The notes beneath the pieces are model-generated. The model searched no databases and was not told the origin of the DNA. It saw only the letters and a list, made by a program, of their open reading frames with translations. DNA of 37,746 nucleotides. Origin: Asterionella formosa. Its lineage: Eukaryota. Below are positions 13,401 to 25,045 of the stretch, one piece after another. The stretch lies in contig NKIB01015191.1 of assembly GCA_002256025.1 (NCBI GenBank), positions 1-37,746 on the forward strand, written 5' to 3'. The position numbers were made by a program, and so were the translations under genes. Position 1 is the stretch's first letter; the number at the start of each line of letters is the position of its first letter.

Positions 13401-16400
13401 AAAGCTCGGAGAGAATCTGCTTCTTTTTGACACACGATTGGTAAGCTCTATTCACATCTGTGATCCGACTACGGCGACGACGTTGCGTGACTTTCCCTTT
13501 GCAGAAAATGAAAGCGAAGAGCCAGATTTCCCGGATAAATTTACACAGTTGTCTCTTGTGCCGTCTCGAAGCATTGTTGGGAAACTTCCTTCCGCAGAGC
13601 CCATTGTAGATATCAAAGTGCCATTCTATCAACTCTTTGCTAATGCTTCGGAAAGTGCATTGCTAGGCCAATTCCCTTTGCTGTTCCACATGCATCTTTG
13701 TAACTTAACCAACAGGTTTCGGTACGATTTCAGTCTACCAGACGTGCTAAACCGAATTGAGGATGGCAATGACGGTGTATCAGTGATTTCTGGAATGAAA
13801 TGTGAGGGCCGTTTCATTGTGGAAAACATCTTTAGTTTATTCGAAATCATCAGGAAGGTAAAACTGATGATTGCGAGGGCAGAAGGAATTACTGACGACC
13901 AAATTAGTTACTTTGCCAAAGATTTTGTGGATCGCTTTGATGAAGGAATCTTATTTCATGAATTAAAAAATGGTGGACAAGGAGGCGAGCTTGTCGTTGA
14001 AAGTGTAAACAGCTCGCAGATGTTGAGATCTAGATCAACCCAATCAAATTTGGAGAAGCCACCAGGAGTAAGTGTTTCGCAAGATGGCGATTTTGAGGAC
14101 GAAATTGGAGACGATTACCACAATGGAGGAGCTGTGCGTCTGCGAGCCAAAGATTCTTTAAGAACCGAATTCGACATTCGGATATCCAGAACAATTTCAG
14201 CGGTAAGCACTAAAGTCACACCATTCTCTCGCGTTGCGTACGGCGCAACAAAAACCGATAGAATGCGCATTGAAGCCGAACTCAATCAGGAGGGCTCCAA
14301 ATTCACGCATTTGTTGGATGACGACGAAACCGTCATAGGCTCGATATACACCGTGAAAGACCAGGGATTTGGAGACGGTATCATGGATATGTCTAGGATT
14401 GAAGATAGTAGTACCTGGGGTATAGCAGAGGATGGGACAGTGATCGATGGATTCTCCTTCCATGGCGAAAATTCTGTTGCTGGCACAGAAATGCCAACTG
14501 GGGGATTCGGTGAATTCAGTATTGCAAAAAGAGTGCGAACTGCTGCGCAAGTGATAATTGCTCCATGCATCGCGCCATCACTCTCGACCACGCTTACACA
14601 TGGGGCACGGAAGGATGACGTCGAACAACCACTCATCCGGAGGGCGGCAAAGGATGAACTAGCCCGGAAAATTAGCGTAGACAACGCTTCAAAGGTAGGC
14701 GCCTAGTTTTATGATCTCCAGCTCGCATGGACACATTTGTTTGACCAAATATATGTCGCTCAACGCCCTCCCCGTTTCTCTTGCGCCAGCACAAGGTGTG
14801 GGTCCAACCAGGTTCGGACAGCGAGGAAGAGACCATTCCTAGACCAATTGGATCCCCAATACCTGTGATTCGCTTTAGAAGGGAAGCGACTTGTCACTTC
14901 ATTACCTTGACAATCGGAGATCTTGACGAAGTCGAAGACAATAGTGGCGGTTGGGCGAAACCACGTACCTATGCCTATGAAGCTATCTTGATGCTTTGGG
15001 CAAAATCATGGCTAGACCACACAGCCGAACATGGGGCGCAGATGCAACCGGGTTCATATAATCGATCTGAACAAGAGACCGAGAATTGCTCGCTTTTGGT
15101 TGCATCTTTCTATGCGCACAAAGATTTACTTTTACCTCTTTGTTTGAAGTCTATGGCATTGCGATGTTCGTCGTCAGCTGTGAAATCTACCCCACCATCA
15201 CCAGTAATTGTTGATGAATATCACATGCAAATTTTGGAGCCAGTCATAGAGATGTTGTGCCAGGGTCTAATGGCGGAAGCCCTATCATCTGTGAAAGACA
15301 GCGACGATCAAGCGCTAGCCGAAGCCCTCAGGTCTGTAGACTGTGTCATAGATTTCTTGATTGGCTTGTCATCGATTGTCCACCCTCAGCAGCAAGACAT
15401 CTTATTCACCAAGTTCTTCAAGACACTTCGCTCTGCTGAGAAGGAAAACGGAAAGGAAATGGGCGAGGGTTTCGAATGGAATGTTCACAGTATTCGACGT
15501 GTGAAGTCCTCTAGACATCTCCGCTTGCGGGCTATCGAGAAACTGTCGGTACTTGCCTCGTTTTTACAGGCTAATTTTCCTCTCAAGTACTCGACATGGA
15601 ATCCAGTAGACAAGGAAGTGAGTGTATCATGGAATGTTCAGAAGGCTGGATCCCCAGATCCTATAGACATGGCATCCACGGGGAATCCCTATTATGACGG
15701 CATAGATTGGGTGCCTCGGAGTGGTTGGCTAGCTTGTCAACTTACCGACGAGGCTTTATTGATTTGCTCATTATCTTGTGAAGCTGTGGTGGCGGAGGCG
15801 ATGGCCCTGGCTGAGATTACATTGCACCACAAAGGAGAGACTCCGACGTCAGGACATTCGGCACTTCAACAGAGACCGGGCAAATTGCTGAAACGTCGTG
15901 ATCTCCTACTATTCCAGTCCATGTCCGTGCATGCAATTACGTGCTTACACGAACTCTTGCTGCGCCGACATGCGATGGACTCAAGATATCAATCTGATCA
16001 ATGTCAGGGGAGGATTGCTGCCACTTTTGCCCCTGCAATCCTGACTAAATCGATCGACAGTGTACGATGGCTGGCGAGAATGGAATCCACACACAAAGTA
16101 AGATCGTTGTGGCTGCTATGTTTTATGTACATTCTACAAGAAGCTCCAGAAGCGGTGTTGAGGACCCGATTGCGGTCGTATTGTTACCCACCAGTAAGTA
16201 CATTTTGAAATACCTCTCTTGAAGGTACGAGTATGTTGCTCACTTTCCTTTCTGCAAATCACAATAAGGATTTTTCGATCCATCGTGTCATTCGTTTGCT
16301 GCGTCTGTGCAGCTCAACCTTTCAATGCTTGGTTGGCGATACGGAGGACAACATGGAAACGGATGCTGAAAATTCTAAGAATTTATCATCCTGGTTGTTG

Positions 16401-18380
16401 CAAGAGAGTTTCAACATAATTTGCGCGACAGCAACCTTGTTGGTTGATGAATGTACAATCCCTATTTCCTCATACCCCCGTGAACAGAAGAAGATTGCTC
16501 AGGGTATCCTTGACCTTTTGCTTCACATTTTGACCATACCCCAATCGGCAGTAACTCATTTTCGGTCTGTCGGTGCTGCATTGCATTCCCTCACCAAATT
16601 TGGAGCTGCTGTTTTCTTTGATGTGGTGGGAGACAGCCTTCAACATTGGATTCGAGTTATTCTGACACTCATGAACAGCATTTCCTTGTCAGTACGCTCA
16701 ATCTCAGTTGACTTTGTGTTGTCATTACTGGGAGAAACATTCAAAGATAATGGAAACATTGACGATATCTCAACAATGATCGCCACTGTACTTCCTGAAG
16801 TCATTGCAAGGGAGATAGCTCTGTACAGTGTCAGTGGACTGATTGCTGACATCGATCAGATCGAGAAAGCAGTGTGGCCACTTCGGAGAGCGTTGGCGGA
16901 TGTCGAAGAAGCCAATCCTTTGGATGATGCCCGAGTCGATCCTCAACTCTCCCCTATTTTGTTAGTCCTTTGCCGAAGTTGTCAGGCCATCATGGATGGA
17001 GTATTGATTGAATTGCGATTAAGGGGGCCCAACCCTACAGTGGTTGGGACACTACTCGACAGCACTAGAAAGTCAAACACATTTGATGCTGATGAAGAGT
17101 CCTTGTTTGAAGCTGCTAGTTTCTTTCCTTCCGAAACGGCGGCACTGCAAAAGCTTCGTTGGCTGCAAACTCTGAAGTCGCTACATGAATCAAAAGGGCA
17201 GTGGGTAGAAGCAGCGGAAACTCTAATGCTATGCGCGAAGACCATTTCTGATTCAATTCCACATCTACGCTATATGTGGAGACCATCAGAATTCATTTTG
17301 TGGCATGATAATCGCCGTTCCCTTTGGCTAGGGACAATTGGGAAAGAAATCGGACTTCCTGATCGGGGAAATGTTCAAGTAATGGAATTTGCTGGTGGAT
17401 TTTTAGAACCTCTCAATCTTTTTGGGGAATCTTCCAAAAAGAATGCTACCAGAAAGTTTGTACAGCCCACAGTGTCTGCAATGTGTAGCATGCTCTCAAA
17501 AGTTACCAAAGAAGCTGTGTCATTGTACTTGCAAGAGGGTGGAATGGATGAACTTGCATTCTCTAGGCTTGAGGATTTGTTACGAGTGGTGATGTCTGTT
17601 GTTGAAGATCACAGTACCTTGAGCATGGACCGTTCTGTCTTAATGGGTATGGCTAGTCGTCAACGTCTCGCAGAAGAGACTGCTGTTCTTCGACGCGTAT
17701 CGGCAAGTATGAACGCCGATCTGACACGACTTGCAGAACGGCTTGCGTTGGTGACTAATGAAGGCATTGACCGGACATCCGAAGAGAGGAATTCTCTGAG
17801 TGCCACCCAATATGCCACGAAGATTTCTGCTTGTCGCCAATACTATGTTCGTGTCGCCTTTTCTGGCATCAAACCGAAATGCTTCACAGAGCGTACAACT
17901 ATTCCAACTTATTTTGACTGGGACAATCCTTGCATTCATCGAGTGCCAAAGGCCATTGTCACCATTGCTGTTTCTGCACATAAAAGAGGCGACGAACTCG
18001 AGGTCCTGATATGCAATGCCTTTGCCCAATCTTTTCTGAATGCTCTTGGTGACTCTATTGTCTTTCGAAATGCAGCAATTGGTGGGGATCTTAATGAAAC
18101 AGTTGGTTCAACGTTTCTTGATATTTCTCTCATCCATATGGATATCGCTAGTATGGATAATGAAGGACAACAACCGATGGTGCTAGAGTCGAAGCGTTTC
18201 TTCTATCGGAAATCAAGTTCATCCTTTCAGTTTCCACAGAACGATGGCTTGGCAATGCCACAATTATTGAACAGAGTGGCGACAAATCTTGTGGAGCTCA
18301 CTGTGGTGAACCCTTTCCCTTGTCCATTATCTAGGCAGAGAACTCTCATCACAAGTGAGTTTTTGGAGGAATGTGCTTGA
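10447..18380 (+). CDS. DOCK-C/D (zizimin-type) family protein, ~2587 aa, 3 exons; DHR-2 apparently lacks lobe C
   Basis: Exons 10447-14694, 14790-16193 and 16269-18380, with phase-0 introns (second acceptor is AAG). Alternative start at 10366. DOCK motifs: EPLICSLSLY..KTSEDFHF; DHR-1 NLLYIYP, DEFKLRLP, TRLVSSIH; RRHAMDSRYQ...GRIA; DHR-2 lobe A LRWLQTLKSLHESKGQWVEAA; lobe B YVRVAFSG and LTVVNPFPCPLSRQ. Confidence 0.85.
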
Positions 18381-19013
18381 TTGATTGATATATTAATTTG
18401 ATGATGCAATGTAAGACCCCTTTTTGTCCTTTGAGATACATGGTAGAAGTGCAAGGAAGCTTCTTATTGAGTCTGAGGATATTTTGAAATTGAAATAATC
18501 TTTTTAACAATATCAATTGATCTGCAATGAAATGTATTGGCCATGCCACTGAATGCAGCTCACACTCATGAAAGGCAATTTCACAGTGAGCTTCCTATTG
18601 AAGCCAAAATAAATTTTAGTTCAATCCTTACAATGATCTACCCTGGATGGTTCCTTTCTCCCCAATGCAAGAAAATGAATAATTTGTGCTATGTTGAAGG
18701 CTGTTTGACATGACATATTCTTCAATATTCAATGGAACAGTCTTCACAAGTTTATTGGAACTCCAAGGGGATCTGGTACCTTTATTTGTTCCAGGAAGGT
18801 GTACCAAGAGCTGGGTACTTTTCAACATTTACACCATTTGCATGCTATGTGCTCTTGGAAGAAGGGACTTTTGTTGTCCTTAAGTGAGGATAAATCAAGG
18901 TCAACCAATGAACAATTTGGAGGATAGAATGCATCCCTCCAAGTTTGGAGTCTACCAGGGTACTGGCAGTGTTGTTTCTTACTGATTTACAGGTATATGT
19001 ATGTACTGGTAGG

Positions 19014-19244
19014 ATGGGGAATGGATAATAGGTTATTTGGTTAGCTCACCTTCCAAGGTGGCAGGTTTGATTCCTGCATTCTCCACCTGCTTTGCTCATG
19101 TAGTCCCTTGGGTTCCAGGTGGTGAGGTAGACAACATGCACCAGGTCTAAGGCCCTCTGGGGGGCCATGTGCAACTTCAAAACTTGCACAATTTTCAAGT
19201 TCTTTAACAATAGCATAGTATAAAATTTACTTAACAATTTTAGT
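19014..19244 (+). mobile_element. tRNA(Ala)-like SINE, family 2, copy 1, with 16-bp TSD
   Basis: Perfect direct repeat TGTATGTACTGGTAGG at 18998-19013 and 19245-19260. Head GGGGAATG...AGGTGGCAGGTTTGATTCCTGCATTCTCCACC; AT-rich tail; two further copies nearby. Confidence 0.8.
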
Positions 19245-19394
19245 TGTATGTACTGGTAGGGTTGATCCTGACAATGTTGTTACAGCAGCACTGTATAATA
19301 GGGGGGGGGGGCAATTATATATTATAGATATACCTGTCCACTTGGTTGTACATGCTAAATTCCAGGCATTGTACCAGTAAATTTTTTTGTGAGA

Positions 19395-19498
19395 GGGGAT
19401 TGCTTAGTTGGTTAGCACACCTTCATAGGTGGCTGGTTCAATTCCTGCATTCTCCACCTGTCTTTCTTTGTCATGTAGTCCCTAGAGTTCCAGGGGTG
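19395..19498 (+). mobile_element. SINE family 2, copy 2 (3'-truncated)
   Basis: GGGGATTGCTTAGTTGGTTAGC (A box) ... GGTTCAATTCCTGCATTCTCCACC (B box and acceptor stem) ... CATGTAGTCCCT matches copy 1; similarity then ends. Confidence 0.7.
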
Positions 19499-19705
19499 TG
19501 GCTAATGAATTAAAAAGACAGGTCCCTGTTGTACCATATTGATGATTAAAACCAGTACTGATCCCCATGCGCCAGCACCCAAAGTCACAAAATTTGTTGG
19601 GAGGATCTTGGGTTGGTAAGCAAGTGCATAAGAACGTTAGGGCTGGCAGTGCCAGGAAGTGCTACATGGTCTACGCTTCTAGCAAAGTAGAACTCTTAAC
19701 GCACA

Positions 19706-19927
19706 TAATAAATTATTAAGTAAATTTTATAGTACGCTATTGTTAAGGAACTCAACAATTGTGGAGGTTGTGAAGTAGCACTTGGCCCCCAAGAGGGCAT
19801 TAGACCTGCATGTTTTCCGCCTCACCACCCTGAACCCAAGGGACCACATAGACAAAGCCGGTGGAGAATGCAGGAATCAAACCCGCCACCCCAGGAAGTG
19901 AGCTAACAAACTAGTAAGCTATTTCCC
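19706..19927 (-). mobile_element. SINE family 2, copy 3
   Basis: Reverse complement is colinear with copy 1 from head (GGTGGCGGGTTTGATTCCTGCATTCTCCACC) to tail (TTAACAATAGC..TATAAAATTTACTTAA). Confidence 0.78.
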
Positions 19928-19945
19928 AGTCTTAAAAGAGATTAA

Positions 19946-20311
19946 AAGTTAGTATGTTTTATGGCCCATTTGTACTCCCCTATTTCTAGGCAAGTATTTC
20001 ATTCTCCTACCTGCCAACAAGACCTGTGCTTCCCTAGTTATGTTAGTGTAGGTGAGTCCCCAACCCCCTTTCACGAAATGTGATCGGCTTAGCCGCAGCG
20101 TTAGGGGTAACTCCGATCGCCTAGGAAGGCGGCACAAGCTGCTTGTTTGGGGGCAACTCACTTTTTCTTGCGCAGCAGGCAAGACCATGCGGGAAGGTGA
20201 GGATTGTGGGAGTCGAACCCAACAATTGCTTCTCAAAAAATTGCGGGGATCGAACCTCATAACCTAAGATCGAAGGCAACGTGCTAAGCCACTAAGCCAT
20301 TCCCTATTGTT
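19946..20311 (-). mobile_element. tRNA-derived SINE-like element, family 1, copy b (better preserved), with 11-bp TSD
   Basis: A box TGGCTTAGTGG (20299-20289), B box GGTTCGATCCC (20256-20246), second B box GGTTCGACTCC (20219-20209). Flanking direct repeat AAAGAGATTAA at 19935-19945 and 20312-20322. Confidence 0.78.
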
Positions 20312-21193
20312 AAAGAGATTAATATAATTGAAGTTAATTTTGTTGTTGTTGGTAGGGTGTAAGCAATGCTATAGCAAATGAGGACAGTAACATCTAACAA
20401 TATGATGTGCATCACATTTAAGTCCTGCAGGGAAGCAGCTGTGATGATTGAAGGATTAGCCAAGTGTTAGGAAATGGCTTATAGATAAAGAATCAGCTCA
20501 GATATAGTGAATCTCATTGTTTTGTGGATTCAATGGAATTGGACCATTGGAAGGCTCTTCACCCACCCAGGCCAATTTTTCACAATGATTACATCTAGAA
20601 ACATCTGTATTCAATCAGCCACCACTACTTTTACTGGATTATCATAGATAGTCACTAGAACATCCCCCAGAACGTCAGGGAGGATGATTTGCTTCAACAA
20701 AACAACTACACACTAGTGAACAAGGATCATCCTGTCACACGGTCTAGCAGTTCTCACCGCTGTTGCACCATCATGACATGCAGAGCCAATCACTCTCTTG
20801 AAGATCGAGTCTCTACTAAACTAAGCCACATAAAGCCAACAGATCCACTGACTCCTCCAGAATGATGCAAAAACCCCTTAAGATGCGAAATCACAACAAC
20901 CAGCCAGTGTCAGGCTCAAAACAAGCCTTCCGGCACCGCTTTGGCAATCACCTGCATCAACAATCTATCTGAATCCCAGCACATCTTCACCCAACAATCA
21001 ACATGGTTGTAGCCCATACGATCCAACCCAAAGAACACACAACAAAAACAAGCAAGCATGAGGCATTATCCAATCATTACTACACGTTTACTGTTACACA
21101 CCTGCTTCATCAGATTTTCCTGTGACGAAAAATCTGATAAAAAGTACCGTTATCTAATAATGACTTTTTATTGTTTAATGAGTCTGTTCATAG

Positions 21194-22815
21194 CTACATT
21201 TTGCAGAAAATGTGCAAAGACACACTGCAACCAAGCTTTTCCTTAAAACATCCACAAAAACTTATGCATTTCTTCATACACTTACACCTTCGTTTTGACT
21301 TGCTATCTTGAGGATAACACAAAGCATGAGCTTCCTGCATGCTCATTTTTCTATGATTTTCATCAAGTATGGCTTGGTTATTTTTTCTCAAATATGATTA
21401 AACGACTGCCTCATTTGGATGTACAAGAATGTATCTTTCCTGAAGATAAAACATATCTTCTCATTTCTCCCTTTTCCAGAACACATAATACCATTATCAG
21501 TTACTGCTTGTATTCTAGTCAAAATTCATTTGCAGATAGGGCAAACACAAAGTCAGGAATTCCATTTGGGTTGCTTACATCTCTGTAGTCCATTTCAAGT
21601 GTAACTGTTGATCCAATAGTTGCCTTTCACTTTGACTGAATATGTCTGCCTGTTCATGCATACGCTTTGATCCTTTTGTTATTGGTGCTTCATCGAAAAC
21701 TGTGATTAATTGGTTTCCCGAATAGCCACATGGATTGCAATTGAGTGTGGGATCTAACCTTTTTAATTTTTCTCGTCCCCAAGGATGAATTGACGCTTCA
21801 CCTAGTTCCAATGCTTCGTTTATTGACAAGGCATTTCTTCTTCTTATGGTCATTCTCCTTTTCCTTGATTATGGAGGAATTGCAATATTTTCATAGCTTA
21901 TACCATCCCTGTCTAGCTCTTCTTCTGATTTGCAATTGGCAGAATATTGAAGCATTTTGTCTTTGCTTATGACTGAGTTGGTTTTTGGGAGAAGATTACA
22001 GCAAGCAAGTCATCTGTGCTACAATATAGCTATTGAAACAAGTGATTGCCCAGATCATCCTTCTGATTTAGTACTTCATCTGTGCTGTGGCAGTAAATTT
22101 GGAAAGACTGCTCCTTTCTCTCATGTTTTCATCATCACTTCTGCTGACATCATTGTCACTGGTTTCCTCATACTTGTCATTTGTAGATTGCGCTTGAACA
22201 CTGTCACTAACATCAGGTCCTTCCAAAATTTCAGCAAAATGTTGTGAAAAGTCACAGCCACCGCATGTGGTTGTGTCACAGGTATTTTGAACCTGTGACA
22301 ATGTCAATTCCATGGAGACAGAGTCATTGTGCTATTGGGATTAAGGGTCATGTCATACATGGATTCCACAACAGTATGAAATCTACTGCTAGCTGCCATA
22401 TCCATGCACTCTTGCTTGGATGGTTGTCCACCTGTGGATGCTGTTCTGCCTGGGTCTTTTCATATGGAGAACCATCATTTTTGGCTTGACTACATTGTTG
22501 TTCAGAATTGAATTAACTTCTCCAAGGTATTTTGTCCAATTAGGACAGAGTTTTCCGTTTTGATCTTCACTTGCAAGTACACTATTCAATGCACACCATT
22601 TCGCAAATCTATTGATGATTTCAACTGATCCATGATCACTGGGGTTTTGTGGCCTACCAGTGACTGTCAGTATTGTTTGATTCCACCTTTTCAACATACT
22701 TACAACTTATTCAGCTGTGAACTCAGAACCATTGTCTGTGTAGTAGAAGATGTGTGAATATCCAATCATTCCAAAGAGAGAATTTAATTCAAAGCAAATT
22801 CACCAGATTTTGAGT
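21194..22815 (-). pseudogene. Decayed rve-type integrase/transposase, KRBA2/SCAND3-like (Ginger2-like DNA transposon relic)
   Basis: The minus-strand frame from 22790 reads ELNSLFGMIGYSHIFYYTDNGSEFTAE*VVSMLKRWNQTILTVTGRPQNPSDHGSVE (D-37-E, in-frame TAA), then NWTKYLGEVNSILN. A downstream fragment (21391-21194) reads MSMQEAH...RCKCMKKCISFCGCFKEKLGCSVSLH, the Cys-rich C-terminus typical of this family. Confidence 0.75.
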
Positions 22816-23760
22816 GCTCATATTATATCAGCTGATTAAAATAAATCAGCTGTAATGATGTAACACCAGATTGGTCTTAACATCCAAAAGCCTGGCTGGC
22901 TTGATCACAGCATAGGCTAACCCAGCACAGCTCAAAAGAAGCCGAACCTAGTATAACCCTTATATTCAATGTAGTAGGAGTACTAAAAGTTTTGACCATG
23001 CCATGCATGTCTGACCACATTCTTGTCACGCAGTGCATTGGTGATAATTTAGGTGGGACCAGGGAATCTTGATTCCAGAATATCACCATTTTGAATTGCT
23101 CATCATATACCAGTAGGTATAGACAAAACTGGCAAGTGATAATGAACAGATCGGTAGTTTGCGGCATCATGCATACGCAAAGAAATACCACCAGTACCGG
23201 TATGGCTTTGTTGATAGTTCCTTCTTGATTTTCTATACCGGTATTAACGTATGTAGAAGAAATTCAAATTGTTTATGCTGGTTCCAACATTATAACACAC
23301 ATACGGTCGTGGTCAGAGTTCGACCTTTGCATAAGGTACCATGTACCGGGTACCAGGTACTTGTATTCAGTCTACAGCACCCCGAGGGTCATTATCATAT
23401 TATCCTTGATTATATAGCATTTGCTTACCAGCATGCACCTGCTACCAATGTAGCCATACATACTGATAATGTAGAATACAAACACATTATTCATGTCAAT
23501 GTACATATACGTATATAGATAGTATACTGATGTCGAATGCCATGTACGAACAAACATTATTCAGAAATTTCCCTCCATTTGTGGTACTCCAATTGATTCA
23601 CAGCTAGTCCCTGGTAGCCCGCCAGCTTGGCAGCACTTCAATTATTCCCACCGCCCGCGAAAAACCTCGCTGAATACAAAATGCACAATCCCACAAAAAC
23701 ACCAAGACCAGCTAAAACAAACTCCCTTGGCTTCATTTTATACTACAAACGGCAGGTATC

Positions 23761-24773
23761 ATGGCAAACTCTCAAAAGATGGGCTTCATGTCTCGCATGC
23801 GGAAATCCAAATCAGCAACAGAATCTGTGGTGGAAGGTCGTGAAGAAGAGGCAGAAGGGATGGATAAGTTACAAGGCTCCAGTCCACGCCTCGCGTCAGT
23901 TACCCGAGATGGGGTTCCCGTCATTTGTGCTACTAATGGTGACAAATTCCATATCTCTGATGTCCGCGGAATTGACCAAACCTACACGAAGCCTTCAAAG
24001 GATGGAACTAGAGTTTCCCGTCGCGTCAAGAAAGAAAGTGTTGTTTTGACGGCTGCTCCGAGTGCTCGCGACTCTGCCTTTTCTGGACCTCCTCGCTATG
24101 ATTGGATCGATATTGTAAGTGCATGCATTATTTCGGATTATCTATTGCGACGTCGCTCGGAGGCTGTCGTTGACATCAGCGAGGGGAGATTGGTCGGTCG
24201 GTTACTTCATGTTCAGAGTGATTGAGCATTCGCCGTAACAAATTTGGCGTGTATGTTTATATACGTGTCGGTCGAAAGTATTCTCGTATTTGGAATATTT
24301 TGTACATTGTTCACATGCAGTAGTGAATATTGAATATTCCGCCATCACATGTATTTATTTGAACTCGGCTAATTTATTAATTAACCCTATCTATGTTTGC
24401 TATTCTTTTGCAACAGGAAACTTCAGCTGCAATCAAGGTTCAGTCCGTTTTTCGTCGCAACCAGGCCATTGCTGGCTTGGAAGCCAAGGGAATGTCCACA
24501 TCTGCCATGCGTAACCGCAATCGCAAAAGGCGAACCCGTAGCCGCAATGTAGCTACCACCGAAGATGCTCCTGGTTTGTTCCAGTGCTGTGGGCTTGGCT
24601 TGATGTTTGGGGATGCCTCGGAAGAAGACGATGCTGCCAACCGTGCCTACTCGAAAGCACAATACGAGGAGCGCCGCAAGTTGCGTGAGGATGACGAGGC
24701 TCGTAAGAGGCAATACAAGTCCCGCGCTAAAGATGATCGCCTTCTCTGCGAAGCTGTCGAAGCGGTCTACTAA
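23761..24773 (+). CDS. Small basic protein with one IQ-like motif, 236 aa, 2 exons
   Basis: Exons 23761-24114 and 24417-24773 with a phase-0 GTAAGT..CAG intron. Junction reads PPRYDWIDI|ETSAAIKVQSVFRRNQA. Also a CC dipeptide and a charged helical C-terminus. Confidence 0.75.
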
Positions 24774-25045
24774 CTCTTTGGTATCAAAATCGATGGTTTA
24801 GTGTGAACCTACCTACCGTGGATGGCAGATTCAATGACAGATTTGAACTATTTGGTGCTCTGTGTGAAGCGAATCTGGTCCGCAGCTTTAGTTATTCGGG
24901 GATTTGCGCATTTATACTCTCCCTTCTCGGTATCCTTGTAACTACATCTAGAACGTATATTAACTTACGCCGACTTCACGTAGGTAAATCAATACGTTGC
25001 TGAAACGAAAAAGTGGTAGCGATGTATATGTGTGTTCATGTCGCA

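Noticed and set aside
18355..18490. Extra DOCK exon via the GTGAGT donor giving ..KVQGSF..
   Set aside because: The frame closes after ~13 codons, lacks the rest of lobe C and lies in CpG-free spacer; probably chance.
20055..20140. Twister- or HDV-ribozyme-like fragments in the family 1 body (CCCC-UAA-CGCU-GC..AAGC; CGCC-UUCCUA-GGCG)
   Set aside because: I could not build the required pseudoknots consistently in both copies, and the conserved twister GA after P2 is missing. Needs Infernal on a consensus.
20240..20305. Possible true tRNA gene (intact A and B boxes followed by T6)
   Set aside because: No complete acceptor or anticodon stem, and it is embedded in a repeated unit with a TSD. 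tRNAscan-SE would settle it.
21092..22865. TGTTACA / TGTAACA as terminal inverted repeats of the integrase relic
   Set aside because: Only 7 bp match, no TSD, and the right-hand site falls where integrase coding sequence would be expected.
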